A DNA stretch of 52,458 nucleotides from Desulfobacteraceae bacterium (GCA_027061725.1 JAMOVG010000115.1:1-52458); one strand, 5' to 3'. Positions 1 through 10,178 are shown, numbered from the stretch's first letter. Numbers and translations: made by a program. Notes: generated from the sequence alone by a model not told the origin.

Positions 1-59
1 TGGTGGTGGGCGGAAGGGTTTTACGCCCCTACGGGGATCAGGCCTGATTGCACAGCCTG

Positions 60-2450
60 TTATATCCCCCGCTTGAACAGCTGGTCAGGCTCGTTGTAGG
101 TGCCGGGCTTGCGGGTGTACTCGGTGGGCTCGGTGCCCTCCTTGAAGCACTCGAAAAAGGTGTTCTTGGACTGCGCCACCGGCAGCAGCCCTGTGTCGGC
201 GTCGATCTTGGCGAACACCACCCCCTCGGGCACCTGGAAAACGCGCACGGGTTTGCCCTTGAGCACCCGCTGCATGAAACCCAGCCAGATGGGGCTGGCG
301 GCCCGCGAGCCGGTTTCGCCTTTGCCCAGGGAGCGGCTGTTGTCGAAGCCCACCCATACCCCGGTGACGTAACGCGGCGTGTACCCCATGAACCAGGCGT
401 CGTTGAGGTTGTTGGTGGTGCCGGTCTTTCCGGCCGCCGGCCGCTTGAGCGCCTTGACGCGCCAGCCGGTGCCGTGCTTGACGACGCCCTGCAGCAGGTT
501 GGTCATGATGTAGGCCGTACTCTTGTCGATGACCTTCTCCCGCTGGGGGTCGCCCTCTTCCAGGATGTTGCCGTCACGATCCTCGATGCGGGTGATAAAC
601 ACCGGCTTGACGCGGTAGCCCAGGTTGGCGAAAACCCCGTAGGCCTCCACCAGTTCCAGCAGTGAAACGCCCGAGGAGCCCAGGGCGATGGAGAGGTTGT
701 GGGCCAGGTTGGAGGTGATACCCAGCTTCCGGGCGTAGCCGATGGTGTAGTCGATGCCGATGTCCTTGAGGATTTTGACGGTGACCACGTTGAAGGATTT
801 CTCCAGCGCCCGCCGGAACATGGTGGGGCCGTGAAACTTCTTCTCGTAGTTCTTGGGCTTCCAGGTGCGCTCCATGCCCTTTTCGTAGTAGACGATGGGC
901 GAGTCGATGATCACCGTGGCCGGCGTGTAGCCCTTGTCCAGGGCGGCGGCGTAGATGATGGGCTTAAAGGCCGATCCGGGCTGGCGGCGCGACTGCACGG
1001 CGCGGTTGAACTGGCTCTGCCGGAAATCGCGGCCGCCCACCATGGCCTTGATCTGCCCGCTCTCAACCTCCATGCAGACCAGGGCCGCCTGGGCCTTGGG
1101 GGTCTGTTCCAGCGTGACCTTCCAGGCATTGCGGCCCTTCATTTTCTCCTTGACCGAAACCAGGATCACGTCGCCGCTGCGCAGCACGTCGGAAGGCCGC
1201 CGCGCCCGTGCCCGGTAATAGGCCACGGCCGGGTTGGGCTTGCGCGCCCAGCGCATGGTCTCGAAGGCGATGACGCCGCGGCTGTCGCCCATGCGCACCA
1301 CCACTTTCCCGCCACGGTCGTCCACGGCCACCACCACGGCCTCCAGCGTGCGCCCGGGGGCCGGCGGATCGGCGGCCAAAGACTGCTGCTGGTGGGCCGC
1401 AAAGGCCTCGATCTGCTCTTTTTTCAAGTGCCGCAGCGGACCGCGGTATCCCTGGCGCTTGTCCAGTGCCTTGAGCCCCTTGAGAATCTCCTGGCGGGCG
1501 ATGTGCTGCATGTCGATGTTGACGGCCGCGTAGATCTTCAGGCCGCCGGTGGTGAGGGCCTCTTCGCCGTATTTCTTGATCACGTACTGGCGAACGTACT
1601 CGGTGTAAAAAGGCACTTTTTCGATGTACCAGTTGCGGCGGGACTTGATGTCCAGTTGTCGGGATATGGCATCGTCGGCCTGGGCCCTCGTGATGTAGCC
1701 CTCTTCCACCATGCGGTTGAGCACATAGATCTGGCGCTGCTTGGCGCGCTCGGGGTGGGAGAAGGGCGAGTAACGGCTGGGCGCCTGGGGCAGGCCGGCC
1801 AACACGGCGCACTCGGCCAGGTTCAACTCATCGGCGTGCTTTCCGAAATAATTTTCCGCCGCAGCCTCCACACCGTAGGCGCCGTGTCCCAGGTAGATCT
1901 GGTTGAGGTAGAGGTACAGGATCTCGTCCTTACTCAGGCGCTTGTCGATGCGGTAGGCCAGGATGGCCTCCTTGATCTTGCGCTGGTAGCTGCGTTCGGG
2001 GGTCAGGAAAAAGGTCTTGGCCACCTGTTGCGTGATGGTGCTGCCGCCCTGGACGATGGCGCCGGCCTCGACGTTCTTGAAAAAGGCGCGCACGATGCTG
2101 ATCAGGTCGATGCCCTGGTGCTTGTAAAAGCGCGCATCCTCCGCCGAGATGAAGGCCTGCTTGAGCATGTCGGGCATCCTGGACAGCGGGATGACGATGC
2201 GCCGCTCCTTGAAAAATTCGGCGATCTTGCGGCCGTCGTCGGCGTAAACCGTGGTGATCACCGGCGGCTTGTAGTCCTTGAGCGATGCGATGCGCGGCAG
2301 GTCGGCGCTCAGATACATGTAGAGCGCCGCCAGCGCTCCGGCCCCCAGCAACACGCCCACCAGGCCGAGGATCGTCATCCATTTGAAAAAAATAAAAAAA
2401 CCGCCCCTCTTGCGACGGGTCTTCCGGTTTTGATCACTGTTTTTTGCCAT
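60..2450 (-). CDS. mrcA: Penicillin-binding protein 1A (bifunctional transglycosylase/transpeptidase)
   Basis: N-terminal TM anchor; GT51 motifs EDARFYKHQG, QGGSTITQQ, RKIKE; transpeptidase motifs SAFK, SFN, KTGTT; 796 aa. Confidence 0.95.
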   Translation of the reverse strand: MAKNSDQNRKTRRKRGGFFIFFKWMTILGLVGVLLGAGALAALYMYLSADLPRIASLKDYKPPVITTVYADDGRKIAEFFKERRIVIPLSRMPDMLKQAFISAEDARFYKHQGIDLISIVRAFFKNVEAGAIVQGGSTITQQVAKTFFLTPERSYQRKIKEAILAYRIDKRLSKDEILYLYLNQIYLGHGAYGVEAAAENYFGKHADELNLAECAVLAGLPQAPSRYSPFSHPERAKQRQIYVLNRMVEEGYITRAQADDAISRQLDIKSRRNWYIEKVPFYTEYVRQYVIKKYGEEALTTGGLKIYAAVNIDMQHIARQEILKGLKALDKRQGYRGPLRHLKKEQIEAFAAHQQQSLAADPPAPGRTLEAVVVAVDDRGGKVVVRMGDSRGVIAFETMRWARKPNPAVAYYRARARRPSDVLRSGDVILVSVKEKMKGRNAWKVTLEQTPKAQAALVCMEVESGQIKAMVGGRDFRQSQFNRAVQSRRQPGSAFKPIIYAAALDKGYTPATVIIDSPIVYYEKGMERTWKPKNYEKKFHGPTMFRRALEKSFNVVTVKILKDIGIDYTIGYARKLGITSNLAHNLSIALGSSGVSLLELVEAYGVFANLGYRVKPVFITRIEDRDGNILEEGDPQREKVIDKSTAYIMTNLLQGVVKHGTGWRVKALKRPAAGKTGTTNNLNDAWFMGYTPRYVTGVWVGFDNSRSLGKGETGSRAASPIWLGFMQRVLKGKPVRVFQVPEGVVFAKIDADTGLLPVAQSKNTFFECFKEGTEPTEYTRKPGTYNEPDQLFKRGI

Positions 2451-2656
2451 ACAGCCACACCCGTGTGCAATGTTTCCTCAGGCCACGGCGACGGGCATTG
2501 CGGTTTGCATACCCCTGGTCGCCGCGGAAAAACCCCCAAAGGAACCTATCCGCACAATCGTATCAAATCTTTAAATAGAGGAAATCCCGCGGCCGGGAGC
2601 CGGCCGCCGATACCCGATGACACAATTCAGACCAATCATAATGCAATAATTACGGT

Positions 2657-2685
2657 TTGACAACATTGTAATGGTAATATAGATT
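2657..2685 (+). promoter_or_regulatory. Putative sigma70 promoter for the hisI operon
   Basis: TTGACA (2657-2662), 17-bp spacer, TAGATT (2680-2685) in AT-rich intergenic DNA ~30 bp before the hisI ATG. Confidence 0.6.
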
Positions 2686-2712
2686 TATCGTTTTTGAACT
2701 GTGAGGGTTGCC

Positions 2713-3087
2713 ATGATTGAACTTGATTTTGAGAAAATGGGGGGCCTGCTGCCGGCCGTGGTGCAGGATTATCGCAGCGGCGAGGTGCTGATGCTGGGTT
2801 TCATGAACCGCGAGGCATGGCAGGCCACGCTGGAGACCGGCAGGGCCACTTTTTACAGCCGCACGCGCAATACGCTGTGGGTCAAGGGCATGACGTCCGG
2901 CCACGTGCAGCGGGTCATGGAGATCCGGGTGGACTGCGACGACGACACCGTGCTGCTTAAGGTGGATCAGGTAGGCGGCGCCGCCTGCCACACCGGCTAC
3001 CGCAGCTGCTTTTACCGGCGCGTACGAGACGGCCGCCTGGAGACGGTCGGCGAGCCGGTTTTCGATCCCAGGGAGGTTTACAAGTAG
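2713..3087 (+). CDS. hisI: Phosphoribosyl-AMP cyclohydrolase
   Basis: [28 protein letters not shown] and [10 protein letters not shown] motifs; ATG at 2713 after GAGGG. Confidence 0.95.
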   Translation: MIELDFEKMGGLLPAVVQDYRSGEVLMLGFMNREAWQATLETGRATFYSRTRNTLWVKGMTSGHVQRVMEIRVDCDDDTVLLKVDQVGGAACHTGYRSCFYRRVRDGRLETVGEPVFDPREVYK

Positions 3088-3963
3088 ATGAACGACATGC
3101 TTAAGCTGGGCATTCCCAAGGGGAGCCTGCAGAATGCCACCATCGCGCTGTTTAAGCGCTCGGGGTGGAAGATCAACGTCAACGGCCGCAGTTACTTTCC
3201 GGAGATCAACGACGATCGCATCGAGTGCGCCATCTGCCGCGCCCAGGAGATGTCCCGCTACGTGGAAAACGGCACCCTGGACGCCGGCCTGACCGGCAAG
3301 GACTGGATCGCCGAGAACCAGTCAGACGTGCACGTGGTGGAGGACCTGGTCTACTCCAAGGTCAGCGCGCGCCCGGCCCGCTGGGTGCTGGCGGTGCCTT
3401 TCGACTCGCCGGTGAAGGACATCTCCGGCCTGCAGGGCAAAAAAATCGCCACCGAGCTGGTCTCCTACACCCGCCGTTACTTCGCCGAGCGCAACATCGA
3501 TGTGGAAGTCGAGTTTTCCTGGGGCGCCACCGAGGCCAAGGTGGTCTCGGGCCTCGCCGACGCCATCGTGGAGGTCACCGAAACCGGCAGCACCATTAAG
3601 GCCCACGGCCTGCGCATCATCCACGAGCTGATGCAGACCAACACCCAGCTGATCGTCAACCACGAGGCCTGGAAAAACCCGGCCAAGCGCGAAAAGATCG
3701 AGCAGATCTCGCTGCTGCTCAAGGGCGCCCTGCTGGGCGAAAAACTGGTGGGCCTGAAGATGAACGTGCCCCAGGACAAGCTGGAGACCATTATCGGTCT
3801 GCTGCCCAGCTTAAACGCCCCCACCGTGGCGCCGCTCTACAACTCGGACTGGTTCTCGGTGGAAACGGTCTCCGAAACCCACGTGTTGCGGGATCTGATC
3901 CCCAGGCTGCTGAAAAACGGCGCCGAGGGCATCATTGAATACCCCTTAAACAAGGTGGTATAA
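3088..3963 (+). CDS. hisG: ATP phosphoribosyltransferase, long form
   Basis: [33 protein letters not shown] and a C-terminal regulatory domain; abuts hisI. Confidence 0.95.
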   Translation: MNDMLKLGIPKGSLQNATIALFKRSGWKINVNGRSYFPEINDDRIECAICRAQEMSRYVENGTLDAGLTGKDWIAENQSDVHVVEDLVYSKVSARPARWVLAVPFDSPVKDISGLQGKKIATELVSYTRRYFAERNIDVEVEFSWGATEAKVVSGLADAIVEVTETGSTIKAHGLRIIHELMQTNTQLIVNHEAWKNPAKREKIEQISLLLKGALLGEKLVGLKMNVPQDKLETIIGLLPSLNAPTVAPLYNSDWFSVETVSETHVLRDLIPRLLKNGAEGIIEYPLNKVV

Positions 3964-3967
3964 GCCC

Positions 3968-5107
3968 ATGATATCCAAGCGAACACAGGAAATGAGCTCC
4001 TTCATCGTCATGGACGTGCTGGAGCGCGCCAGCGAACTGGAGGCCCGGGGGCACCACATCATCCACCTGGAAGTGGGCGAACCGGATTTCGACACGCCGG
4101 CCTGCGTCAAGACCGAGGTGTGCCGGGCCCTGGAGCAGGGCTACACCCACTACACCCACAGCCTGGGGATGATCGAGCTGCGCCGCGCCATCTGCGACCA
4201 CTACCGCGAGCGCTACGGCGCAACGGTGGACCCCGGGCAGGTGGTGGTCACCTCGGGCACCTCGCCGGCCATCTTCCTGCTGTTCTCGACCCTGCTGGAG
4301 CCCGGCGACGAGGTCATCATCGCCAACCCCCACTACGCCTGCTACCCCAACTTCATCCGTTTCGTGCAGGGCCGCGTTGTGGAGGTGCCGGTTTACGAAG
4401 AAGACGGGTTCCAACTGCGGCCGGAAGACATCGAAAAGAAGATCACGCCCCGCACGCGGGCCATTTTCATCAACTCGCCCTCCAACCCCACCGGCAACCT
4501 GCTGTCCGCCGAGCGCATGCGTGCCATCACCGAACTGGGCCCCATGGTCGTTTCCGACGAAATTTACCACGGACTGGTCTACGAGGGCCGCGAGCGCTCG
4601 ATCCTGGAATTCACCGAGCGCGCCTTCGTTTTAAACGGCTTCTCCAAGCTCTACGCCATGACCGGCCTGCGCCTGGGCTACCTCATTGCGCCGCCGGAAT
4701 TCATCCGTCCCATCCAGAAGGTGCAGCAGAACTTTTTCATTTCGGCCAATGCCGTCATCCAGCGCGCCGGAATCACCGCCCTGACCCTGGCCCACGACGA
4801 CGTGCGGCGCATGAAGGAAACCTACGACGAGCGGCGGCGGTTCATGGTCAAGCGCCTGCGCGAGCTGGGGTTGGGCATCACCGTGGAGCCCACCGGGGCC
4901 TTTTACGTCTTCGCCAACGTGCGCCACATCTCCGACGACTCCTACAAGCTGGCTTTCGACATCCTGGAAAAGGCCCACCTGGGCGTCACCCCGGGCATCG
5001 ACTTCGGCAGCAACGGCGAGGGCTACCTGCGCTTTTCCTACGCCAGCTCCATGGACAACATCCGCGAGGGACTGATCCGCCTGGAACGATACCTGGACAG
5101 CCGATGA
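3968..5107 (+). CDS. PLP-dependent aminotransferase class I/II (aspartate aminotransferase-like)
   Basis: GEPDF, INSPSNPTG, SDEIY, NGFSKLYAMTGLRLG (PLP lysine), YLRFSYA. Confidence 0.9.
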   Translation: MISKRTQEMSSFIVMDVLERASELEARGHHIIHLEVGEPDFDTPACVKTEVCRALEQGYTHYTHSLGMIELRRAICDHYRERYGATVDPGQVVVTSGTSPAIFLLFSTLLEPGDEVIIANPHYACYPNFIRFVQGRVVEVPVYEEDGFQLRPEDIEKKITPRTRAIFINSPSNPTGNLLSAERMRAITELGPMVVSDEIYHGLVYEGRERSILEFTERAFVLNGFSKLYAMTGLRLGYLIAPPEFIRPIQKVQQNFFISANAVIQRAGITALTLAHDDVRRMKETYDERRRFMVKRLRELGLGITVEPTGAFYVFANVRHISDDSYKLAFDILEKAHLGVTPGIDFGSNGEGYLRFSYASSMDNIREGLIRLERYLDSR

Positions 5108-5724
5108 TCGTCAAATCCGCCGAGTTTGTCAAAAGCGCCCCCAACGTGGACCAGTGTCCCCCCGGCGACCTGCCGGAAATCGCCTTCGTGGGGCGCTCCA
5201 ACGTGGGAAAGTCCTCGCTGATCAACGTGCTGGTCAACCGGCGCCGCCTGGCGCGCACCAGCGGCACGCCGGGCCGCACACAGCTGCTCAATTTCTTTCG
5301 CATCAACGACCGCTTCCTGTTTGCGGATCTTCCCGGCTACGGCTACGCCAAGGTGCCGGCGGCCGTCAAGAAAACCTGGCAGCCCATGGTGCAGAACTAC
5401 CTCACGCGGCGCGACAACCTGCGCGGCGTGGTGCTGATCCTGGACATCCGGCGCACGCCGGGTCCCGACGAACGGCGCCTGCTGGACTGGTTCCAACGCC
5501 GGCAGCGCCCCTGCATCGCGGTGCTCACCAAGGCCGACAAGCTGTCGCGCGCCAAGGCCGCCGCACGCCACCGCCAGGTGGCCGCCGACCTGGGGCTGGC
5601 CCCGGAAGAGCTGCTGCTGTTTTCCTCCAAGACGCGCCAGGGCAAAGACGTGCTGTGGCGCCGCATCGGGGAACTGGTGGGGGAAAACCCGGCCGATGAA
5701 AAAGGGGAGGCCGCCCATGACTGA
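5104..5724 (+). CDS. engB: Ribosome biogenesis GTP-binding protein EngB/YihA/YsxC
   Basis: GRSNVGKSS, TPGRT, DLPGYG, TKADK; ATG at 5104 overlaps the upstream stop (ATGA). Confidence 0.95.
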   Translation: MIVKSAEFVKSAPNVDQCPPGDLPEIAFVGRSNVGKSSLINVLVNRRRLARTSGTPGRTQLLNFFRINDRFLFADLPGYGYAKVPAAVKKTWQPMVQNYLTRRDNLRGVVLILDIRRTPGPDERRLLDWFQRRQRPCIAVLTKADKLSRAKAAARHRQVAADLGLAPEELLLFSSKTRQGKDVLWRRIGELVGENPADEKGEAAHD

Positions 5725-6631
5725 GACACCCGAAACCAAAGCGCCCTTCCGCTCCGGCTTCGTGGCCATCGCCGGCGCGCCCAACGTGGGCAAGTCCACG
5801 CTGCTCAACCGCGTGCTGGGCGAAAAGATCTCGATTACCTCCAAGCGGCCCCAGACCACGCGCAACCGCATCCTGGGCATCCTGCACCGCCCCGACGCCC
5901 AGTTGGTGTTCATCGACACGCCCGGGGTGCACCGGCCCAGCGGCGAGCTCAACCGGCGCATCGTGGCCACGGCGCTGACGGCCCTGGGCGAGGCCGACCT
6001 GGTGCTGGTCATGGTCGACGCCGTCAAACCCGACCCCGAGGCCGAAAAGCTGGTGCTCTCGCACCTGAAAAAATCCGGCCTGCCCGCGGTGCTGGCCATC
6101 AACAAGATCGACCGTCTGCCCGACAAGCGGGCCCTGCTGGTGCTCATCGACCAGTGGGCGCAGCGCGGCCGCTTCCGCGAGATTGTGCCCATCAGCGCCC
6201 TGGACGGCACCCAAGTGGACCGGCTCGTGGAAGTTATGGTCTCGCTACTGCCGCAGGGGCCGCCTTTTTATCCCGAGGACAGCTTAACCGACCTGCCCCA
6301 GCGCTTCATCGTGGCCGAAATGATCCGCGAAAAGGTCTTTCGCCTCACAGGCCAGGAGATCCCCTACGCCAGCGCTGTGACCATCGAGCACTTCGAGCGC
6401 TCCGAGACCCGCAACCTGGTGGAGATCCACGCCAAGATCCACGTGGAGCGCGACTCCCAGAAGGGCATCATCATCGGCAAGGGCGGCGCCAAGCTAAAAG
6501 AAATCGGCCAGGCCGCACGCCGCGACATCCAGCGCCTGTTGCAGGCCAAAGTATACCTCAAGCTCTTCGTGCGCGTGCAGAAAAACTGGAGCCGCGACAC
6601 CCGCGCCCTGCGCCGCTTCGGGTACGAATGA
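5717..6631 (+). CDS. era: GTPase Era
   Basis: GAPNVGKST, PQTTR, DTPG, NKID, C-terminal KH domain with QKGIIIGKGG; ATG at 5717 after GGAGG. Confidence 0.96.
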   Translation: MTETPETKAPFRSGFVAIAGAPNVGKSTLLNRVLGEKISITSKRPQTTRNRILGILHRPDAQLVFIDTPGVHRPSGELNRRIVATALTALGEADLVLVMVDAVKPDPEAEKLVLSHLKKSGLPAVLAINKIDRLPDKRALLVLIDQWAQRGRFREIVPISALDGTQVDRLVEVMVSLLPQGPPFYPEDSLTDLPQRFIVAEMIREKVFRLTGQEIPYASAVTIEHFERSETRNLVEIHAKIHVERDSQKGIIIGKGGAKLKEIGQAARRDIQRLLQAKVYLKLFVRVQKNWSRDTRALRRFGYE

Positions 6632-7455
6632 TCCTCTCCTTTCACCCCTGCGTGGTCACCGACGAAAACCGCATCTGCGCCGGCCGTTCGCCGGACCACC
6701 AGGATCTGGCTGCTATCCGGCGTGCGGATGCTGTGGTGCTGCCCCAGGGCTGCACGCCCGATCTCTACCGCATGGCCCGTGAGAACTGCCGGCACGTGTT
6801 TCCCGACTACGATGCGCGCTTTGCCTTCCCCGGCAAGATCGGCCAGATCCGCCTGTTCCGCAAACACCGCGCGCCGCACCCGCAAACCGAAATTATCGCC
6901 GACGTCCCCGCCTTTCGCTCGCGGCTCGAACAGGACCCCGCCGGTCCGCTGGGGTTTCCCTACCTTATTAAACTGGACTGGGGCGGAGAGGGCCGCACCA
7001 TCTTCGCACTGCGATCGGCCGCCGATCTTGACCGCAGCCTTTTCGATGTTCTACAATCACCAGGGGTTCAGGAAAGCGGCCTGCTGGTGCAGCGCTTCGT
7101 GCCCTGCGGCGGCCGCGTGCTGCGGGTGACCGTCATCGGCCGCCAGCGCCTGACCTACTGGCGTGTGGCCGACGATGACCACCAGCCCCTGGCCGGCCTG
7201 GCCCTGGGGGGGCACATTCAGCGGAACCTGGATCCAATTCTTCAGCAGGCGGCCACAGTGGAAATTGACACCTTTTGTGCCAAAACCGGCATCAACCTGG
7301 GCGGATTCGACGTCATTTTTCCACAAAACGAGCCCAAACCCCTGCTGCTGGAAATCAACTATTTCTTCGGCCGCGAGGGCTTGGGCGGATCGGCGGCTTT
7401 CTACCAGCTGCTCAACGCCGAGATCCGCCGCTGGATTGAAGATCTCCGGCGCTGA
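6628..7455 (+). CDS. RimK-like ATP-grasp ligase
   Basis: FPYLIKLDWGGEG, LLVQRFV, GGFDVI, LLEINYFFG ATP-grasp motifs; ATGA overlap with the era stop. Confidence 0.75.
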   Translation: MILSFHPCVVTDENRICAGRSPDHQDLAAIRRADAVVLPQGCTPDLYRMARENCRHVFPDYDARFAFPGKIGQIRLFRKHRAPHPQTEIIADVPAFRSRLEQDPAGPLGFPYLIKLDWGGEGRTIFALRSAADLDRSLFDVLQSPGVQESGLLVQRFVPCGGRVLRVTVIGRQRLTYWRVADDDHQPLAGLALGGHIQRNLDPILQQAATVEIDTFCAKTGINLGGFDVIFPQNEPKPLLLEINYFFGREGLGGSAAFYQLLNAEIRRWIEDLRR

Positions 7456-7526
7456 ATGCACAACAATACCGACATAAACACCGGCCGCGAGCCGTACAAG
7501 CCTGTTTTGGAAAGAAAAAACACCTG

Positions 7527-7823
7527 ATGCAACCCTATGCCTACGACCTGGACGATGCCGCCATCCGGCGCGAACGCGCCAAGGCCCGCGAACTGCGCGC
7601 CTCCCAGTGGTGGAAGCGCAAGCTCGCCAAGGGCGTCTGCGGCTACTGCGGCCGGCCCACCCCGCCCCGTGAGCTGACCATGGACCACATCGTCCCGCTC
7701 TCCCGCGGCGGCCGCAGCACCAAGGGCAATGTCATCCCGGCCTGCAAAACCTGCAACACCAAGAAAAAACAGCTCCTCCCCATGGAGTGGGAAGCCTATC
7801 TCAGAGACCGCTTCGAGGGATGA
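7527..7823 (+). CDS. Small HNH endonuclease family protein
   Basis: CGYC...LTMDHIVPLSRGG...GNVIPACKTCN (Zn-binding HNH), 98 aa. Confidence 0.88.
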   Translation: MQPYAYDLDDAAIRRERAKARELRASQWWKRKLAKGVCGYCGRPTPPRELTMDHIVPLSRGGRSTKGNVIPACKTCNTKKKQLLPMEWEAYLRDRFEG

Positions 7824-7894
7824 GGCCGGGCCCCATTAATGTCCTCTCCATACCCGTAACAAGCTGCTTGGTTTCACCAGAAGGGAGGTTAATC

Positions 7895-8578
7895 ATGAAG
7901 GACTGTATGTTACGTTTGATCGTCGTTGCGATGCTGTTACTGCTTATGCCTTTACCGGCAAATAGCGGCCAAGGTGGCTCAAGCTGGATTCCAAAAGTTG
8001 ACATTCCAGAGGTTGACATTCCAGAGGTTGATATTCCGAAAGCCATTATCCCAAAGGCCATTATCCCAAAGGCCATCATTCCCAAGGCGCCGGATATCCC
8101 AGAAGTCTCCATCCCGGAAATTAGCCATCCGAATACTAGTGTCCGGGAAAACGAACAATGGGTCGTGATCACCTTGGCCTCGGATGTCCTATTCGATTTC
8201 GACAAGTCAAACATCCGTCCTGATGCGCAGCGGGCTCTCGAGGAGGTTTACCAGGCATTGACGGGTCGCTATACGGGTATGCCTTTTCAATTGCATGGCC
8301 ACACGGATGCCAAAGGGACGGATGCCTACAACATGCGGCTTTCCCAACGGCGTGTCAATGCTGTCAAAGCATGGCTTGTCCGGCACGGCATCCCTGAAAA
8401 GCGTATCACCACCTATGCCCACGGTGAATCCCAGCCTGTTGCCCCCAACACCCACAAAGACGGGTCGGATAATCCCGAGGGCCGCCAACTCAACCGGCGT
8501 GTCGAAATCTATATCCACAAAGTCGTCCACAAAAAACCGAGCGAACCAATCACCGCCGATAGCCCCTCAAAGCCATGA
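7895..8578 (+). CDS. OmpA-family peptidoglycan-binding protein with N-terminal Ile/Pro pentapeptide repeats
   Basis: GGAGG RBS before ATG 7895; signal peptide; DVLFDFDKS, GHTD..G...YN..LS.RR...V, NRRVEI. Confidence 0.9.
   Translation: MKDCMLRLIVVAMLLLLMPLPANSGQGGSSWIPKVDIPEVDIPEVDIPKAIIPKAIIPKAIIPKAPDIPEVSIPEISHPNTSVRENEQWVVITLASDVLFDFDKSNIRPDAQRALEEVYQALTGRYTGMPFQLHGHTDAKGTDAYNMRLSQRRVNAVKAWLVRHGIPEKRITTYAHGESQPVAPNTHKDGSDNPEGRQLNRRVEIYIHKVVHKKPSEPITADSPSKP
7988..8125 (+). repeat. Nine ~15-bp coding tandem repeats (IPKVD/IPEVD/IPKAI)
   Basis: attccagaggttgac/t twice, atcccaaaggccatt/c twice, plus degenerate copies, all in frame. Confidence 0.9.
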
Positions 8579-8849
8579 CGATGGCCTTCGGGCGTTAGAG
8601 CCTGGGGGCAATGCAATATAGCATCGGGCGGATATTGATGCATTTGTTTGGATAGGCCCGAAATGATTCACCGGAAAAATTAATTGCCAAATCTTTCTTG
8701 ACTTGGCCACGTGGATGGATAAGAAAATTTTTTTGTTTACATGGTGCCCATCCACGGCTGGCCTTTGGGTACCAGCTTGACCGGTTCGCGCGATTGCCGC
8801 AACGATAAAAATATCATTTAAATTTTTTATCAGCAAAGGAGGGGTTTTA

Positions 8850-9953
8850 ATGAACAGCAGACGAACGGTTGTCCTGGTGGCACTGATGCTGGCCGTATCC
8901 CTGATACTGGCCCCGGCCGGAAATGCGGCCGCCAAGAAGATCAAGGTGGCTTTCGCCCTGTTGTGGACCATCGACGACATGGGGTGGACCACGGCCGCCT
9001 ACAACGGCATCGAGTACCTCAAGGAGCAGATGGGCGACCAGGTGGAGGTGAGTTACACCGAAAAGGTGCTCGCCGCCGATGCCGAGCGCGTCATTCGCGA
9101 CTACGCTCGTAAGGGCTACGACATCATCTTCGGCACCACCTTCGAGCATATGGACCCCATGCTGATGGTGGCCAAAGACTTTCCCAAGACGGTCTTCGAG
9201 CACTGCTCGGGCTACAAGACGGCCCCCAACATGGGCAACTACTTCGCCCGCATGTACCAGGGTGAATTCCTGTCCGGTTACCTCGCCGGGTTGATGGGCT
9301 TTAAAAACGTGGGCACCGTGGCCACCAACCCCATCCCGGAGCCCATCCGCGGCATCAACGCCTTCACCATCGGCCTGATCAAGGGCCTCAAGGAGGCCGG
9401 CCACAAGTTCGACCCCAACAACGTCAACACCGTGGTGTGGCTCAAGGCCTGGCGTGACCCCATCAACGAGACCACGCTGGCCGAGACCCTCATCAGCCGC
9501 AAGCACGACCTCATCCGCCAGATGGCCGACACCCCGGACAGTAGTCTGGCGGCCTGCGCCAAGGGTGTGCCGGCCATCGGCTACGGGGCCGACGCCGCCA
9601 AATACGGCGCCAAGTGCGTGCTGGTGTCGCCCATCTGGAACTGGGGCCCCTACTTCGTGGAAGTGGTCAAGCAGGTTCAGGCCGGCACCTGGAAACCAAC
9701 CCCCTACTGGGGCGGGTTCGACAAGAACAACATCGCACTGACCGACTTCAACGCCTCGGTGCCCGAAGCGGTGCGCCAGAAGGTGCTGGCCCAGAAAAAG
9801 TTGCTGGTGGAGGGAACGGACAACATCTTCGTGGGCCCCATCTACGACCAGAAGGGCAAACTGATGATTCCCGAGGGCAAGAAGGCCACGGACAAGGAGC
9901 TGCTGACCATGCGCTGGTTGATCAAGGGCGTCAGCGGGAAGATTCCGGATTAA
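8850..9953 (+). CDS. BMP-family (purine nucleoside) ABC transporter substrate-binding protein, copy 1
   Basis: Signal peptide; DMGWT, DAERVIR, EHCSG, IPEPIRGINAF, WNWGP, M.WLIKGV; AAGGAGG RBS. Confidence 0.9.
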   Translation: MNSRRTVVLVALMLAVSLILAPAGNAAAKKIKVAFALLWTIDDMGWTTAAYNGIEYLKEQMGDQVEVSYTEKVLAADAERVIRDYARKGYDIIFGTTFEHMDPMLMVAKDFPKTVFEHCSGYKTAPNMGNYFARMYQGEFLSGYLAGLMGFKNVGTVATNPIPEPIRGINAFTIGLIKGLKEAGHKFDPNNVNTVVWLKAWRDPINETTLAETLISRKHDLIRQMADTPDSSLAACAKGVPAIGYGADAAKYGAKCVLVSPIWNWGPYFVEVVKQVQAGTWKPTPYWGGFDKNNIALTDFNASVPEAVRQKVLAQKKLLVEGTDNIFVGPIYDQKGKLMIPEGKKATDKELLTMRWLIKGVSGKIPD

Positions 9954-9988
9954 AGGGAGATTTTACGCTCCAGACATCCCGCCGTTGC

Positions 9989-10166
9989 GCGTAAGACGTA
10001 TTTCGGTAAAGCGGTATTGTGCACCCGGGGGAGAAAGCCATTCATCTGAACGGTGTTAACACATTTCAAGCTGTCTGAGGAGCCTGCAACGAATTTTTGA
10101 AATGCAACCGGCCGGATGAATGGCACCCCGGATGGACACGGGAGTGAACCGAAACACGTCTTACGC
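9989..10166. repeat. ~178-nt imperfect inverted repeat (rod-like hairpin)
   Basis: Nested complementary arms: 9989-10007/10148-10166 (18/19), 10018-10030/10126-10138, 10037-10054/10107-10124, 10062-10070/10096-10104. Confidence 0.8.
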
Positions 10167-10178
10167 TCCAATCGACAT

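Noticed and set aside
699..2660. 653-aa plus-strand ORF (likewise 33873-35450, 36290-38038, 45632-47773)
   Set aside because: Antisense frames of PBP1A, rng, the radical SAM gene and gyrB; typical GC-rich stop-codon depletion
4120..5103. Long N-terminal extensions of engB (from 4120) and of the ATP-grasp ORF (from 6154)
   Set aside because: They overlap well-supported upstream genes in another frame; real starts are the ATGA overlaps at 5104 and 6628
7527..7823. HNH gene as a mobile element or defence system
   Set aside because: Stand-alone 98-aa protein with host-like codon usage; no methylase, integrase, intron or terminal repeats nearby
7988..8125. Tandem repeats as a possible CRISPR array
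   Set aside because: 15-bp in-frame coding repeats with no unique spacers and no cas genes
8579..8849. Purine riboswitch upstream of the first BMP gene
   Set aside because: No purine aptamer core (TATAAT...TTTCTACC...CCGTAAA...GACTA) visible
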